The position numbers and the translations under genes are program-made. DNA of 64,000 nt from Candidatus Poribacteria bacterium (GTDB lineage Bacteria; Poribacteria; WGA-4E; WGA-3G). The stretch covers positions 4,128,001 to 4,192,000 of the forward strand of contig OZ243938.1 in assembly GCA_965214095.1 (NCBI GenBank). The letters run 5' to 3'. The notes under the pieces are model-generated. The model ran no database searches and was not told where the DNA came from. It saw only the letters and a list, made by a program, of their open reading frames with translations. Shown in pieces: positions 61,939 to 64,000 of the stretch; the stretch's first letter is position 1, and every line of letters begins with the position of its first letter.

Positions 61939-62724
61939 ATGCTTAAAGGTAATTACTGCATCTTTCGATTATATTTCGTTGTTTTAGTTATAATTGGATT
62001 TTGTATTCTTTCAGTTGAAGCGGATCTGTCAGATCCAACAATCTCTGTCTACTATAACTTTGATGGAGAAGGTGAAACTATAACAGACAGTTCAGTTAAT
62101 GGTAATCATGGAAAAATTGTAGGCGGTGAGACGAGAGAAGAAGGTGTATTTGGTATGGCTATTGCTTTGGAAACCAACACATGGATTGATATGAATGGTC
62201 CAGAATTTAAAAACGGTCCTGTTGATGGTTTCACACTTTCTGCTTGGATTAACCATACCGGTTCAAGTGACCCACAGACACTACTGGATGCAATTGGTAC
62301 AGACCATGCCAGCGGACTTTTCCACGTTGAAATCCGTCCTGCTGGTGTCAGATGGTTCCATAGGGATGGTACAAATACCGAGGTTTTCAATATCAACCCT
62401 GGTTCAGTAATTGAAGCGAATAGGTGGGTTCATTTTACTGGCACTTACGATAGTGAAAGTGGTGATATAAGATTATATGTTGATGGCGAGGAAACACACT
62501 CAGGGACAGGTACTGGTAAACTGTCCAATAACTGGGGTGTTACCGCAGGAATTGGTCATCATAAAGAAGGTCGCTGGTTTGAAGGGTTATTGGATGAATA
62601 TATCATCTTTAGTCGTGCATTGCCACAGGACGAAATTGTCGAGGTAATGAATGGTACCTTCACATCAGTTGAACCTGAAGATAAACTCACGACAACATGG
62701 GGTAGCATCAAATCTTTGAAATAG
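61939..62724 (+). CDS. Secreted LamG-like jellyroll protein with conserved C-terminal tail
   Basis: YYNFD, FTLSAWI, WVHFTGTYD...LYVDG, F.GLLDE..IFSRAL, and C-terminal KLTTTWGSIK. Confidence 0.88.
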   Translation: MLKGNYCIFRLYFVVLVIIGFCILSVEADLSDPTISVYYNFDGEGETITDSSVNGNHGKIVGGETREEGVFGMAIALETNTWIDMNGPEFKNGPVDGFTLSAWINHTGSSDPQTLLDAIGTDHASGLFHVEIRPAGVRWFHRDGTNTEVFNINPGSVIEANRWVHFTGTYDSESGDIRLYVDGEETHSGTGTGKLSNNWGVTAGIGHHKEGRWFEGLLDEYIIFSRALPQDEIVEVMNGTFTSVEPEDKLTTTWGSIKSLK

Positions 62725-62753
62725 GTAGGCGACTAACAAATCTAATTAATATA

Positions 62754-62805
62754 GTGCGCGATGAATATAACGGTATCAATCCGTTTTCATCGCGCATTGT
62801 TTTTT
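62754..62805 (+). terminator. Intrinsic terminator between convergent genes
   Basis: GTGCGCGATGAA...TTCATCGCGCAT followed by TGTTTTTT. Confidence 0.65.
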
Positions 62806-62811
62806 ATACCA

Positions 62812-63999
62812 TTAGAATGTTTGTGTCAACCGAGCCATCGCTAACCGTCCAATTTCTGGTGTTCCGACAAATTGCTGATGGACATTATTTGTCAGATTTT
62901 GGACTGTTACCGAAAGACGCGGTTTTGGACCGAGTGGAATATCATAACCCGCACTCAGATCAACTGTGTAATACGATTCCACTTCCCCGACATATACACC
63001 TGACCGGACAGGGAAACCTTGTACAAAACGTGTACGTAGTCCTACACCCAAACCGAGATCAATGTTGGTGTATTGGATATTGGCACCAAACTTGTTTCTT
63101 GGTGCATTCAAAGCAATATCACCAATTCCATCTACGTTTTCAAAGAGGTCTTTACTGACATACGAGTAATTCCCACCGATACTCCAACTTGGTGTGAGGA
63201 ATAAGGTAATATTCAGGTCTAATCCATTGAGAGAAATATCGCCATAGTTCCTGTAGGTTAGCATCACAGCGTTTGGATCCACTGCTTGTTCAGGTGTTAC
63301 AGTACCATACGGAATTGAAGCGAAAGTTGTTATTATTTCATCCACAGGTGAACCGTTTTCGTTTCCACCATTCTCTTTCTTATCAAACTCCAGCAAGGCA
63401 GTATTCAGAGATGCATTCTGTGGATCAGCTAATGCTTCTGTGAGTTGCGCGCCTAAGGTTTCTTGATATGAAGCAGCATCAAGGAAAACATTGGGTGTTT
63501 CAACGAATAATGGTCCGATGAAGTTGTTGATCCTTGAGTGATACACATCAGCAGAAAAAGCCAATCTGTTGAGTAGAATTCCTTTATAGCCGACCTCATA
63601 AGTTTGGGTAATTGTTGGTTTGAGTGGGTCAACATTATTGACATCAGCAATATCTATAAACGTGCCTGTTGCAGGGTCAAGTGAACGCAACACATTTGTT
63701 AATCCAGCAGCTTGTTCTGGAACGATGCTGGCTAATCCTGATGTCAGGTCAGTCACCATAGTTTCTGCAAGTGCTGCCACAACTGTTGACGGAAGTGTTG
63801 CAAATAACTGTGCAACTAACTGTGGTACCTGTTCTGCTGGAATTGCTGTAATTGCACCAGGTTGTTGGAATGTAGCAGGTAGCAATTGCAACACTTCAGG
63901 AGGAAGGCTTGACACGAGTGCCTGTATCTCTTCTGGTGACTGTGCACCAATAATCGCAGGTAGTTCCTCTGGAGTGAATTTTGCTCTCAGACCACTTTC
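62812..63999 (-). CDS. TonB-dependent outer-membrane receptor, C-terminal part (runs off window end)
   Basis: TYEVGYKG, YYTVDLSAGY, SVTVQNLTN...GRLAMARLTQTF with terminal Phe. The frame is open to the window edge. Confidence 0.85.
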   Translation of the reverse strand, partial: ESGLRAKFTPEELPAIIGAQSPEEIQALVSSLPPEVLQLLPATFQQPGAITAIPAEQVPQLVAQLFATLPSTVVAALAETMVTDLTSGLASIVPEQAAGLTNVLRSLDPATGTFIDIADVNNVDPLKPTITQTYEVGYKGILLNRLAFSADVYHSRINNFIGPLFVETPNVFLDAASYQETLGAQLTEALADPQNASLNTALLEFDKKENGGNENGSPVDEIITTFASIPYGTVTPEQAVDPNAVMLTYRNYGDISLNGLDLNITLFLTPSWSIGGNYSYVSKDLFENVDGIGDIALNAPRNKFGANIQYTNIDLGLGVGLRTRFVQGFPVRSGVYVGEVESYYTVDLSAGYDIPLGPKPRLSVTVQNLTNNVHQQFVGTPEIGRLAMARLTQTF

Positions 64000-64000
64000 A

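Overview
This is a ~39% GC (visual estimate) bacterial chromosome segment. Its gene repertoire resembles Candidatus Poribacteria: LamG proteins ending in a K-L-x-x-x-W-x-x-[IL]-K tail, an ECF sigma factor fused to a transmembrane helix and beta-propeller, a PhyH dioxygenase, sulfatases, and NHL and PQQ-like propellers. The taxon call is inference. Housekeeping genes are pyrR/pyrC, nusB, hisF, murJ, thiD, a Glu/Leu/Phe/Val dehydrogenase, pdxJ, an rluB-like gene, rnpA-yidD-yidC-jag-mnmE and ubiX/ubiA-like genes. Main highlights: (1) A complete non-autonomous IS200/IS605-type OMEGA element (HNH-less IsrB plus omega-RNA, ~130-1394) sits at a reconstructable ATGA stop/start overlap of pyrR-pyrC. 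Its predicted guide is the 3' end of pyrR, and it lies behind a PyrR attenuator. (2) A hidden selenoprotein (exported thioredoxin with a W-U-G-W-C motif, a SECIS-like hairpin and a TPR-like tail) is split into two ORFs by the track. (3) An orphan EhpF/LuxE-like plus ALDH/LuxC-like pair is co-oriented with PQQ-like propellers and a sulfatase. (4) Several MITE families carry or insert into GTAG-type REP hairpins, including a nested stack at 8.77-9.13 kb. The ORF track gives the wrong strand for ubiX, which is on +.
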